From NCBI GenBank assembly GCA_950097015.1, contig CATNEN010000029.1, positions 3,968,001-4,032,000 of the forward strand: DNA of 64,000 bases, given 5' to 3'. Source of the stretch: Macrostomum hystrix (Eukaryota; Animalia; Platyhelminthes). The notes beneath the pieces were generated by a model. The model was given only the letters and a program-made list of their open reading frames with translations, ran no database searches and was not told where the DNA came from. A program made the translations under genes and the position numbers. Positions 1 through 12,734 of this stretch are shown here, piece by piece; position 1 is the stretch's first letter, and each line of letters opens with the position of its first letter.

Positions 1-977
1 TAATGATTGCCTATGCCCATTCGCTTTCTCTTTTTTATCCGAGTCTGTGAATAAGAAGGCAAGGCTGGGATATCCGAGGCAAATTTATTGCCAATTCATA
101 ACAATATCAGGAATATAGTGAATTACTTAGGTCAGTGTCGGACAAGAGTTAGAATTTCACCCCGCTGAGGATCGGAGCTGAAGGAAATGAGGAAAACGGG
201 AGCAGAATCCTGATGATTGTCTGCGTTCGCTGTTTAGCATAAGTGGGTAAATGTCCAGGCCTGCTTCTAGCTGAAAACCTAAATAAACAAAGGGAGAAAT
301 TGGAAAGGCAAAAGAAGTTTCTCTCCTTCCATCCTTTGTTCCAGACAATCGAAGCATCCCAGCATTTCCTGCTTACACACTGTACGGATAGCTTGCTTCC
401 AGCATACGAAATTTTTCCACTTCATTTTGCTTTTCAGGAATCGGATTCTATTCTATGGTCTAAACCCACGGCCAGACAGCCAACCTAAAGTGGTTGCGTC
501 ACATCAAAAATAGAACGAGGCCCACCTGTGTCCCGTACCTACCTGAACACAGGTCTTATTATATACGAAAAGTTTTACTAAAACTGTCAGTGGCTGTTCA
601 GATGAAATCTTATTGAATGAAATGCATTAAAATTCGTTCGGAATGACATGAATTAATGAATTAGTCTGAATGACATCGGAAGATGTCATTCAGACTAATT
701 TGTTTAGTACAGTTACAGTATAAGGATAAGTTCTAATCTTATAACGTTTTTTATGAAAACTTTTTTCTCGGGTACGTTATTAAAAAGCCCATTACTTATT
801 AAGTTTCAAGTTCTTGTTTCCTCGCATTGATCTCTTATCAAGGCTATAAGATAACGTGCCCTAAGCCTATTCACGATGATGCCTAGTCACGTGATATGAT
901 ATATATTAAAAAGTCATATTGTGATGCAAATCTGTGGACGAAATAATAAAATGATCGATAAAAGTTTCTGTGCTTAC

Positions 978-1028
978 CGAACGAATCCGCTTGTCGAGGA
1001 GTCTGTCTGCACTGTAAACGTCGCTCAT
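978..1028 (-). CDS. First coding exon of a chromodomain (Polycomb/CBX-like) gene; partial, downstream exons probably left of the window
   Basis: Minus strand ATG(1028) reads MSDVYSADRLLDKRIRS, then a strong phase-0 donor TCG|GTAAGC (977). This matches the chromodomain N-terminus (VFAAECILSKRLRK|GKLEYLVKW), and CBX2/4/6/7/8 have their first intron at this same position. Upstream acceptor CCTAATCCCCCAG| at 1098-1110. No convincing GKxEYLxKW exon found in 1-970. Confidence 0.6.
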
Positions 1029-3048
1029 TTTTCTTGGTCGTTTGATGATGCTGATCTTTCTTCAAAAATAGTCAGCAATCGCTTTCACTGATCAGCTCTG
1101 GGGGATTAGGATAAAACAATATATTTAGGGAATAGCTAAGGAAACCTAAAGCTCGAAAAAGAGGAGCAAAATAAAATGGGAATAGGTCCTATGCTAGACT
1201 ATTTCGAATGTAAGGCTCTAGAAGGCAGCAGGCCTATGTTTTGGCTTGCCTCTGCCTCTGCCTAGACTGGGCGTGTGCGTGTGTGTGGTGAGACCCTTGC
1301 CGGCTGAATAAAATCAATAGGGCCAGTGAACGCCTGGGTTATATTCAGAGGGGTAAAAGAGGCGGGGGAGGGAGGAGGTTGACTAGGGGGAGGGTGAGAA
1401 AGTGGGGTTGTTCGACCCCCTACCTCACAACCCCACCTCGGCCTCCGTTCCACAAATTTTCGTTGCGGCTCCCCCCTAGTCCCATTGGGTGCGGCACTTC
1501 TGGGCTCAGAGCGGCAGCCCGTCGGCCTTGCAGATTGTGGAGAATTTTGGTTGGCTGGGCCGGCTTAGAGGAGGGTGGGTAGGGTTGTCACAACGCACAT
1601 TTAGCCTTTTTTTACCCAAATGCGAAACAAGTTTATTGACGAAGGCGCCCGCGAGCGGGGCGGGGGGAAAGGAAGTTGACTGGAACGTCAGCGAGATTTT
1701 GCTGGAGCCCAGCGAATGAGAGAATTGGGATGGGTAGAGTGAGAGAGAAAATAGTCAGGCTGAGAGAAGAGGGCTGTGGGCTTTTGGCAATTAGTTTGGA
1801 AAGGCTTGGCTCAACCCACCTCAACCTCCAAAGCCTTGGCAAAAAACCCGTTCTGAACTGAAATTGTGAATAAAGCAAGAGGCTTGGAAAATATTCTTCG
1901 TTCCAAGCCAAGCGCCGACGCACCACCCCAATACCCACAACCCCAAACCCGCCACCCCATCCGACACTCACTCCTAAACCCTCCAAGCAGCCCCTGACTG
2001 ACACGACACGGGCAGCGCGGGGCGGATGGGGTGGCGGAGGGAATGGCGGAGGCCCTGTGAACACGTGGGTCTTAACAGGGAAGGAAGTTAAAGGAAGGAA
2101 AGCCCCCCTATGGGGGTGTGGGGGAGGGTTTGGCAAGCCAACCAAAGTAAACAGCTGCGGAGCGCCCGATAGAAAAGGCTTGTATAGCTATGGGCCGCGA
2201 AGGTTGGGGCAGTAGAAATGAGAGAAAAAAAAAGAAGACAGCGAGGAAGCCGCCAACCCGGCCGCCCTGACGAGCTAAGCCTGCGCTGTGCGCCCGAAGC
2301 CCATCCAGACCGCCTCAACCACCCCACTCCCAACCTCTCGGGGCGAGGGGTGGGGCAGACGGAGAGCGCCAGCGCGCACTGGGAATGAGAGCGAGTAAGT
2401 GAGAGAGGGAAGAAGCCAGGGAGAGACGGAACAGTTCAGAGGGGGGCACTGCTTCTTCTTACAATCTACCCCTCCTCCTAACTTCGTCCTCGGTGTGTAT
2501 CTACTGCAAAATTTGCGATTTAATGTCGAGTCGACGGGCTAAAGGAAACGGAGGAAGGGGGAAGCTCGGTGGCGGCGGGGAAGGGTGGGCAAGACGAGGG
2601 AAAAATGGAGAAGAAATATGAATGCCGGGGCCAGAAGACAAGCAAGCAACGCCCTCAGGCAGGCGAGCACTGTCAAAGCATTTTATTATTAGAGCGAGAG
2701 ATAGAGAGCAGAAGTCTGTGGGCAGCCTGTGTTGCAGCGATGAAATATTATCAAAGCTAGTATTGATTCAGGCAATAATATGTCGATTATGTGTCGACGT
2801 TAATATGTCGACAATTTTGTTGGCTTACTTACTAAGCGCGATTGAAAATCGATTGGTTGACTATCTGAAAGCTATATATTGTTGTGTGACTTTAAAATTT
2901 GTTTTGTTTAAACGTTTTGTTTCTGTTTGTTCCTTGGTCGTTTGATGATGCTGATCTTCTTCAAAAATAGTCAGCAATCGCTTTCGATTCTGCATTGCCT
3001 GCACGTCAATGCATTCTATAAGGGCTATCTTACACCTAATTCCTGACT

Positions 3049-4870
3049 CAATACACACTGGATGATAGATTCAATATACACTGGATGATAGATTCAATAT
3101 ACACTGGATGATTGATTCAATACACACTGGATGATAGATTCACTATACACTGGATGATAGATTCAATATACACTGGATGATAGATTCAATATACACTGGA
3201 TGATCGATTCAATATACACTGGATGATCGATTCAATATACACTGGATGATCGATTCAATATACACTGGATGATCGATTCAATATACACTGGATGATCGAT
3301 TCAATATACACTGGATGATCGATTCATTATACACTGGATGATAGATTCAATATACACTGGATGATTGATTCAATATACACTGGATGATAGATTCAATATA
3401 CACTGGATGATAGATTCTATATACACTGGATGATAGATTCAATATACACTGGATGATAGATTCACTATACACTGGATGATAGATTCAATATACACTGGAT
3501 GATAGATTCAATATACACTGGATGATCGATTCAATATACACTGGATGATCGATTCAATATACACTGGATGATCGATTCAATATACACTGGATGATCGATT
3601 CAATATACACTGGATGATCGATTCAATATACACTGGATGATCGATTCATTATACACTGGATGATCGATTCACTATACACTGCATGGATGATCGATTCAAT
3701 ATACACTGGATGATAGATTCAATATACACTGGATGATAGATTCAATATACACTGGATGATAGATTCTATATACACTGGATGATCGATTCAATATACACTG
3801 GATGATAGATTCAATATACACTGGATGATCGATTCAATATACACTGGATGATAGATTCAATATACACTGGATGATAGATTCAATATACACTGGATGATAG
3901 ATTCAATATACACTGGATGATAGATTCAATATACACTGGATGATAGATTCACTATACACTGGATGATAGATTCAATATACACTGCATGGATGATCGATTC
4001 AATATACACTGGATGATCGATTCAATATACACTGGATGATCGATTCAATATACACTGGATGATCGATTCAATATACACTGGATGATCGATTCAATATACA
4101 CTGGATGATCGATTCAATACACACTGGATGATCGATTCATTATACACTGGATGATCGATTCACTATACACTGCATGGATGATCGATTCAATATACACTGG
4201 ATGATCGATTCAATATACACTGGATGATAGATTCAATATACACTGGATGATAGATTCAATATACACTGGATGATAGATTCACTATACACTGGATGATCGA
4301 TTCAATATACACTGGATGATCGATTCAATATACACTGGATGATAGATTCAATATACACTGGATGATAGATTCAATATACACTGGATGATAGATTCAATAT
4401 ACACTGGATGATAGATTCAATATACACTGGATGATAGATTCACTATACACTGGATGATAGATTCAATATACACTGCATGGATGATCGATTCAATATACAC
4501 TGGATGATCGATTCAATATACACTGGATGATCGATTCAATATACACTGGATGATCGATTCAATATACACTGGATGATCGATTCAATATACACTGGATGAT
4601 CGATTCAATATACACTGGATGATCGATTCACTATACACTGGATGATAGATTCACTATACACTGGATGATAGATTCAATATACACTGGATGATAGATTCAA
4701 TATACACTGGAGGATAGATTCAATATACACTGGATGATAGATTCAATATACACTGGACGATCGATTCAATATACACTGGATGATTGATTAAATATACACT
4801 GGATGTTAGATTCAATATACACTGGATGATCGACTCAATATACACTGGATGATAGATTCAATACACTGGA
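3049..4870. repeat. Minisatellite, 23-bp unit ACACTGGATGATAGATTCAATAT, ~79 copies
   Basis: Direct reading. GATAG/GATCG variants; a recurrent 4-bp GCAT insertion. Confidence 0.97.
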
Positions 4871-4875
4871 GATCG

Positions 4876-5363
4876 CACAGGTAGATGAGACAGATGAGAC
4901 AGCATAGGTAGAGGAGATTTCACAGTTAGATGAGACAGATGAGATAGCATAGGTAGAGGAGATTTCCCAGTTAGATGAGACAGATGAGATAGCATAGGTA
5001 GAGGAGATTTCACAGTTAGATGAGACAGATGAGATAGCATAGGTAGAGGAGATTTCACAGTTAGATGAGACAGATGAGATAGCATAGGTAGAGTAGATTT
5101 CACAGTTAGATGAGACAGATGAGATAGCATAGGTAGAGGAGATTTCCCAGTTAGATGAGACAGATGAGATAGCATAGGTAGAGGAGATTTCACAGTTAGA
5201 TGAGACAGATGAGATAGCATAGGTAGAGGAGATTTCACAGTTAGATGAGACAGATGAGATAGCATAGGTAGAGGAGATTTCCCAGTTAGATGAGACAGAT
5301 GAGATAGCATAGGTAGAGGAGATTTCACAGTTAGATGAGACAGATGAGATAGCATAGGTAGAG
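4876..5363. repeat. Minisatellite, 45-bp unit CACAGTTAGATGAGACAGATGAGATAGCATAGGTAGAGGAGATTT, ~11 copies
   Basis: Direct reading; 15-aa periodicity of ORF 4858..5355. Abuts the 23-bp array. Confidence 0.96.
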
Positions 5364-5805
5364 TTTTTTTATTTTTGTTTATTTGACGAATTTCTTTAGT
5401 TCATGCACAGCTACACTAAATAACATTACTACTGTTAATAATGCAATGACACTTGACTGACACCTGTCGTTTCTTATTAAGTTAGTACACAAATGAGTAA
5501 TGCTCCGTACCTGCATACTAGGGGATTATTATATTATAGTCTACGTATGCTTGGGAGTGACGGGATGTGTCCACAACACTTCAAACACCGCAAATACACA
5601 CACACACTTCTGCGGTGTGGGTGGCGCTGAAAGGTGTGTGTGCGTGTGAGGAACGCATGGAAAAATAAACTCTTCAAGCTCTCTTCCTCTCGCCCACTAA
5701 TCTATCCCTCTCTTTCTTCGTAAGCAGCGCCTGCAGTGTGGTTAGAACACGCGAGGATCACTGTATGGGCTCTAGTGCACTGGGGCATTTTTAAGTAGGA
5801 ACTTC

Positions 5806-8800
5806 CACTTCTTCAGGTTGGTTCACTAACCTGCCATTTCTTCAGGTTGGTTCACTAACCTGCCATTTCTTCAGGTTGGCTCATTAACCTGCCATTTCTT
5901 CAGGTTGGTTCATTAACCTGCCATTTCTTCAGGTTGGTTCATTAACCTGCCAGTTCTTCAGGTTGGTTCACTAACCTGCCATTTCTTCAGGTTGGCTCAT
6001 TAACCTGCCATTTCTTCAGGTTGGTTCATTAACCTGCCATTTCTTCAGGTTGGTTCATTAACCTGCCATTTCTTCAGGTTGACTCATTAACCTGCCATTT
6101 CTTCAGGTTGGTTCATTAACCTGCCATTTCTTCAGGTTGGCTCATTAACCCGCCATTTCTTCAGGTTGGTTCATTAACCTGCCATTTCTTCAGGTTGGCT
6201 CATTAACCTGCCATTTCTTCAGGTTGGTTCATTAACCTGCCATTTCTTCAGGTTGGTTCATTAACCTGCCAGTTCTTCAGGTTGGTTCATTAACCTGCCA
6301 GTTCTTCAGGTTGGTTCACTAACCTGCCATTTCTTCAGGTTGGCTCATTAACCTGCCATTTCTTCAGGTTGGTTCATTAACCTGCCATTTCTTCAGGTTG
6401 GTTCATTAACCTGCCATTTCTTCAGGTTGGTTCATTAACCTGCCATTTCTTCAGGTTGGTTCACTAACCTGCCATTTCTTCAGGTTGGCTCATTAACCTG
6501 CCATTTCTTCAGGTTGGTTCATTAACCTGCCATTTCTTCAGGTTGGTTCATTAACCTGCCAGTTCTTCAGGTTGGCTCATTAACCTGCCATTTCTTCAGG
6601 TTAGTTCATTAACCTGCCATTTCTTCAGGTTGGCTCATTAACCTGCCATTTCTTCAGGTTGGTTCATTAACCTGCCCCTTCTTCAGGTTGGTTCATTAAC
6701 CTGCCCCTTCTTCAGGTTGGTTCATTAACCTGCCCCTTCTTCAGGTTGGCTCATTAACCTGCCATTTCTTCAGGTTGGTTCATTAACCTGCCATTTCTTC
6801 AGGTTGGCTCATTAACCTGCCATTTCTTCAGGTTGGTTCATTAACCCGCCATTTCTTCAGGTTGGCTCATTAACCTGCCATTTCTTCAGGTTGGTTCATT
6901 AACCTGCCATTTCTTCAGGTTGGCTCATTAACCTGCCATTTCTTCAGGTTGGTTCATTAACCTGCCCCTTCTTCAGGTTGGCTCATTAACCTGCCATTTC
7001 TTCAGGTTGGTTCATTAACCTGCCCCTTCTTCAGGTTGGCTCATTAACCTGCCGTTTCTTCAGGTTGGCTCATTAACCTGCCATTTCTTCAGGTTGGCTC
7101 ATTAACCTGCCATTTCTTCAGGTTGGCTCATTAACCTGCCATTTCTTCAGGTTGGTTCATTAACCTGCCCCTTCTTCAGGTTGGCTCATTAACCTGCCAT
7201 TTCTGCAGGGTTGACTCATTAACCTGCCATTTCTTCAGGTTGGTTCATTAACCTGCCACTTCTTCAGGTTGGCTCATTAACCTGCCATTTCTTCAGGTTG
7301 GTTCATTAACCTGCCATTTCTTCAGGTTGGCTCATTAACCCGCCATTTCTTCAGGTTGACTCATTAACCTGCCATTTCTGCAGGGTTGACTCATTAACCT
7401 GCCATTTCTTCAGGTTGGCTCATTAACCTGCCATTTCTTCAGGTTGGCTCATTAACCTGCCATTTCTTCAGGTTGGCTCATTAACCTGCCATTTCTTCAG
7501 GTTGGTTCATTAACCTGCCATTTCTTCAGGTTGGCTCATTAACCTGCCATTTCTTCAGGTTGACTCATTAACCTGCCATTTCTTCAGGTTGGCTCATTAA
7601 CCTGCCATTTCTTCAGGTTGGTTCATTAACCTGCCATTTCTTCAGGTTGGCTCATTAACCCGCCATTTCTTCAGGTTGGCTCATTAACCTGCCATTTCTT
7701 CAGGTTGGCTCATTAACCTGCCATTTCTTCAGGTTGGTTCATTAACCTGCCATTTCTTCAGGTTGGCTCATTAACCTGCCATTTCTTCAGGTTGACTCAT
7801 TAACCTGCCATTTCTTCAGGTTGGCTCATTAACCTGCCATTTCTTCAGGTTGGTTCATTAACCTGCCATTTCTTCAGGTTGGTTCATTAACCTGCCATTT
7901 CTTCAGGTTGGCTCATTAACCTGCCATTTCTTCAGGTTGGTTCATTAACCTGCCCCTTCTTCAGGTTGGCTCATTAACCTGCCATTTCTTCAGGTTGGCT
8001 CATTAACCTGCCATTTCTTCAGGTTGGTTCATTAACCTGCCACTTCTTCAGGTTGGCTCATTAACCTGCCATTTCTTCAGGTTGGTTCATTAACCTGCCA
8101 TTTCTTCAGGTTGGCTCATTAACCCGCCATTTCTTCAGGTTGACTCATTAACCTGCCATTTCTGCAGGGTTGACTCATTAACCTGCCATTTCTTCAGGTT
8201 GGCTCATTAACCTGCCATTTCTTCAGGTTGGTTCATTAACCTGCCATTTCTTCAGGTTGGCTCATTAACCCGCCATTTCTTCAGGTTGACTCATTAACCT
8301 GCCATTTCTGCAGGGTTGACTCATTAACCTGCCATTTCTTCAGGTTGGCTCATTAACCTGCCATTTCTTCAGGTTGGCTCATTAACCTGCCATTTCTTCA
8401 GGTTGGCTCATTAACCCGCCATTTCTTCAGGTTGGCTCATTAACCTGCCATTTCTTCAGGTTGGCTCATTAACCTGCCATTTCTTCAGGTTGGTTCATTA
8501 ACCTGCCATTTCTTCAGGTTGGCTCATTAACCTGCCATTTCTTCAGGTTGACTCATTAACCTGCCATTTCTTCAGGTTGGCTCATTAACCTGCCATTTCT
8601 TCAGGTTGGTTCATTAACCTGCCATTTCTTCAGGTTGGCTCATTAACCTGCCATTTCTTCAGGTTGGCTCATTAACCTGCCATTTCTTCAGGTTGGCTCA
8701 TTAACCTGCCATTTCTTCAGGTTGGCTCATTAACCTGCCATTTCTTCAGGTTGACTCATTAACCTGCCATTTCTTCAGGTTGGCTCATTAACCTGCCATT

Positions 8801-9260
8801 TCTTCAGGTTGGCTCATTAACCCGCCATTTCTTCAGGTTGGCTCATTAACCTGCCATTTCTTCAGGTTGACTCATTAACCTGCCATTTCTTCAGGTTGGC
8901 TCATTAACCCGCCATTTCTTCAGGTTGGCTCATTAACCTGCCATTTCTTCAGGTTGGCTCATTAACCTGCCATTTCTTCAGGTTGGCTCATTAACCTGCC
9001 ATTTCTTCAGGTTGGCTCATTAACCTGCCATTTCTTCAGGTTGGCTCATTAACCTGCCATTTCTTCAGGTTGGCTCATTAACCTGCCATTTCTTCAGGTT
9101 GGCTCATTAACCCGCCATTTCTTCAGGTTGGCTCATGAACCTGCCATTTCTTCAGGTTGGCTCATTAACCTGCCATTTCTTCAGGTTGGCTCATTAACCC
9201 GCCATTTCTTCAGGTTGGCTCATTAGCCCGCCATTTCTTCAGGTTGGCTCATTGTCTGCC
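5806..9260. repeat. Minisatellite, 29-bp unit TTCTTCAGGTTGG(T/C)TCATTAACCTGCCAT, ~119 copies, each with an internal inverted repeat
   Basis: Direct reading; CAGGTT...AACCTG inverted repeat within each unit. Confidence 0.97.
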
Positions 9261-10027
9261 TTTTTGGATAGCAAACGCAGCCTGTTTAGACAGGGCGAAT
9301 TGTTGATTAGGCAAGACAATTCGCTGGTTAGACCATGAAAATGTCTAACAGATGAGAAGGAACAGTCAGCATAATAACAATAAGAAGAATAAAAATAATA
9401 TTAACAAGCTTCAGTAAAACTGCTAAACCCCAATCAGTCAGGCAAGCAAAGACAAGCCAGTTTCACTGCCCTCAACCCTCCTGTCTAGCAATTCCATCGT
9501 GTCTCCCACACGCAGATTGGGCTACATAGGTTGCTAAAATAGAAAGTGAGAAGGCATTGATTAGAGCATGATTATAAAGGGGAGGACTGGGCAGAGATTG
9601 GGATCGTGGGTGTAGCTACATGGGCTTGCCTGTAGGGTAGAGGAAATATAGTGTCGCCTCAGCCTGCATCCGTAAATGAAGCTCGCTCAGCATATCATGC
9701 AGCCCTGTCGCACCCCCCTCCTCCGTACGTACGTGCTCGGGGTACTGCAAGTACACCCGACAGCGGGGATAGAAATAGAGTGAGAGTGAAAGCGGATAGA
9801 TAGGGGAAGAGAACGATGGGACATGGGCAAGTCGATTCGTTTCGTCTGATGCCATTTCCAACTCCCCCCGGGCCACTCAAAATTTTCAGAGCACTCTGTG
9901 CATGGGCACAGATTTTTGCGGGAAAATTCATAAGCACTAATAAATGAACCGACTCGACTAGTCTCAAATGTGATTCTTAGAGGGTGTCTTGATGGAAATT
10001 ATTGATTATCTGCATGAGTTAGGGGCC

Positions 10028-11161
10028 ATTCTCAGGTGTCGTTGAGACAATTCTCAGGTGTCGTCTCAGGTGTCGTTGGGAAGATTCTAAGGTGTCGTTG
10101 AGACGATTCGCAGGGTTGTATAGTCGAATCTCATGGTTGTATAGTCGATTCTCATGATTCTCATGGTTGTATAGTCGATTCTCATGATTCTCATGGTTGT
10201 ATAGTCGATTCTCATGATTCTCATGGTTGTATAGTCGATTCTCATGATTCTCATGGTTGTATATTCGATTCTCATGATTTTCATTGTTGTATAGTCGATT
10301 CTCATGGTTGTATAGTCGATTCTCATGGTTGTATAGTCGAATCTCATGGTTGTATAGTCGATTCTCATGATTCTCATGGTTTTATAGTCGATTCTCATGA
10401 TTCTCATGGTTGTATAGTCGATTCTCATGATTCTCATTGTTGTATAGTCGATTCTCACGATTCTCATGGTTGTATAGTCGATTCTCATGATTCTAATGGT
10501 TGCAAAGTCGATTCTCATGATTCTCATTGTTGTATAGTCGATTCTCATGATTCTCATGGTTGTATAGTCGATTCTCATGATTCTCATTGTTGTATAGTCG
10601 GTTCTCATGATTCTCATGGTTGTATAGTCGATTCTCATTGTTGTATAGTCGATTCTCACGATTCTCATGGTTGAATAGTCGATTCTCATGATTCTCATGG
10701 TTGTATAGTCGATTCTCATGATTATCATGGTTGTATAGTCGATTCTCATGATTCTCATTGTTGTATAGTCGATTCTCATGATTCTCATTGTTGTATAGTC
10801 GATTTTCATGATTCTCATGGTTGTAAAGTCGATTCTCATTGTTGTATAGTCGATTTTCATGATTCTCATGGTTGTAAAGTCGATTCTCATGATTCTCATG
10901 GTTGTATAGTCGATTCTCATGATTCTCATTGTTGTATAGTCGATTTTCATGATTCTCATGGTTGTAAAGTCGATTCTCATGATTCTCATGGTTGTATAGT
11001 CGATTCTCATGATTCTCATGGTTGTAAAGTCGATTCTCATGATTCTCATTGTTTTATAGTCGATTTTCATGATTCTCATGGTTGTAAAGTCGATTCTCAT
11101 GATTCTCATGGTTGTATAGTCGATTCTCATGATTCTCATGGTTGCAAAGTCGATTCTCATG
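10028..11161. repeat. Minisatellite, 30-bp unit (CTCATGATTCTCATGGTTGTATAGTCGATT) with 21-bp deletion variants, preceded by short ATTCTCAGGTGTCGTT repeats
   Basis: Direct reading; explains the MRIMRIDYTT ORF 10087..11160. Confidence 0.95.
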
Positions 11162-11456
11162 CTTGTAGTGACTCCGAAATTATTTTGGATTTTTAGGATC
11201 GAAAAAGTGATTAAGATCAGTGGAGATAATTTCTAGTTTTGATTATTGCAGATTTTGATACAAACAATTAAAGAAAGCATTAAAGATCTACTACGGCCCT
11301 CTCAACCGGCCCACTGTGCCTTACTCGAGCCGGTCGTGAATTCTATTTGTTTCTTTTCTTATACGAGCTACGTCAGCTGTAGCAGCAACAGTTCTTTGAT
11401 TGAACAGGTCGATAGAAATGTAGCGATAGCAGGCTTAGTGGACCCGCGACACGCGT

Positions 11457-12262
11457 GCTTCTCATAACTGCCAAACCAGCTCAAAAACCGAGAAACCTTT
11501 ACCAGCTCCTGAACTGAAACTGCTTCTCATAACTGCCAAACCAGCTCAAAAACCGAGAAACCTTTACCAGCTCCTGAACTGAAACTGCTTCTCATAACTG
11601 CCAAACCAGCTCAAAAACCGAGAAACCTTTACGGGCTCCTGAACTGAAACTGCTTCTCATAACTGCCAAACCAGCTCAAAAACCGAGAAACCTTTACGAG
11701 CTCCTGAACTGAAACTGCTTCTCATAACTGCCAAACCAGCTCAAAAACCGAGAAACCTTTACGAGCTCCTGAACTGAAACTGCTTCTCATAACTGCCAAA
11801 CCAGCTCAAAAACCGAGAAACCTTTACGAGCTCCTGAACTGAAACTGCTTCTCATAACTGCCAAACCAGCTCAAAAACCGAGAAACCTTTACGAGCTCCT
11901 GAACTGAAACTGCTTCTCATAACTGCCAAACCAGCTCAAAAACCGAGAAACCTTTACGAGCTCCTGAACTGAAACTGCTTCTCATAACTGCCAAACCAGC
12001 TCAAAAACCGAGAAACCTTTACGAGCTCCTGAACTGAAACTGCTTCTCATAACTGCCAAACCAGCTCAAAAACCGAGAAACCTTTACGGGCTCCTGAACT
12101 GAAACTGCTTCTCATAACTGCTAAACCAGCTCAAAAACCGAGAAACCTTTACGGGCTCCTGAACTGAAATTGCTTCTCATAACTGCTAAACCAGCTCAAA
12201 AACCGAGAAACCTTTACGGGCTCCTGAACTGAAACTGCTTCTCATAACTGCCAAACCAGCTA
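11457..12262. repeat. Tandem repeat, 65-bp unit CTTCTCATAACTGCCAAACCAGCTCAAAAACCGAGAAACCTTTACGAGCTCCTGAACTGAAACTG, ~12 copies
   Basis: Direct reading; near-identical copies at 65-bp spacing (11461 to 11526, etc.). Confidence 0.97.
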
Positions 12263-12529
12263 TAAAATAAAATTTCGGTATTTAGCATTTTCTTAAATAA
12301 AAAAGTTCGGTATTTAGAATATTTTATAATGTGAAACTTCGGTATTTTAGAATTCAGAATTTTTAGAATATTTAGAATTTTCTGTAGTAAGAAACTTCTA
12401 GAGAGATATTTTGGCACTGAAAATTTTAATGCACAATGTGTAATGCAGATCAGTCCATATAGTAACGAAACAACTCAAAATGAACAAGAAGAACAAAAAT
12501 AATTTATTACACCTGCACTGATTGGGCCG

Positions 12530-12720
12530 GATGTGCAGCCGCAGCTATTGTGCGGCGCATCTGAAGGCTGCGTACGGCTGTTCAGTCCATGGACTGGCGG
12601 GGACGCTACGCGGGGACTCTCAATTATACCCCAGCTGATGCAGGCACCCATTTAACAGCTGGGTTAACTGTAGCAATGCACAGTTAAGTGTCTTGCTAAA
12701 TGTTCCTGGCAGTGTTGCTA
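12530..12720 (-). mobile_element. SINE copy 1 (CORE-like domain plus structured 3' tail; tRNA head missing)
   Basis: Homologous to 14755, 19540 and 20685 (CAGCCGCAGCTATTG.GCGGCG..TCTGAAGGCTG...CAGTCCATGGACTG...ACCCATTTAACAGCTGGG). Minus strand TTTAGCAAGACACTTAAC...CAGTTAACCCAGCTGTTAAATGGG resembles the MIR CORE. Confidence 0.7.
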
Positions 12721-12734
12721 CGTCATTTTCCAAT

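Noticed and set aside
380-470. Exon 2 of the chromobox gene (minus strand MKWKNF)
   Set aside because: The context NRIRFLKSKMKW lacks the GKxEYL motif and a good acceptor, so it cannot be supported.
1040-1092. Box C/D snoRNA (TGATGA...CTGA) in the duplicated segment
   Set aside because: Only ~50 nt with no terminal stem, antisense to the apparent host exon, and the second copy lacks the terminal CTGA.
1262-2945. Short ORFs in the GC-rich island
   Set aside because: Overlapping Pro/Gly/Arg-rich frames typical of GC-rich non-coding DNA; no homology recognised.
5806-9260. CRISPR-like array (palindromic ~29-bp repeats)
   Set aside because: Units are contiguous with no unique spacers, there are no cas genes, and the context is eukaryotic with introns.
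10087-11160. 357-aa ORF (MRIMRIDYTT)n as a repeat protein
   Set aside because: It stays open only because unit and sub-unit lengths (30, 21, 9 bp) are multiples of 3 and this frame has no stop; no unique N- or C-terminal domain.
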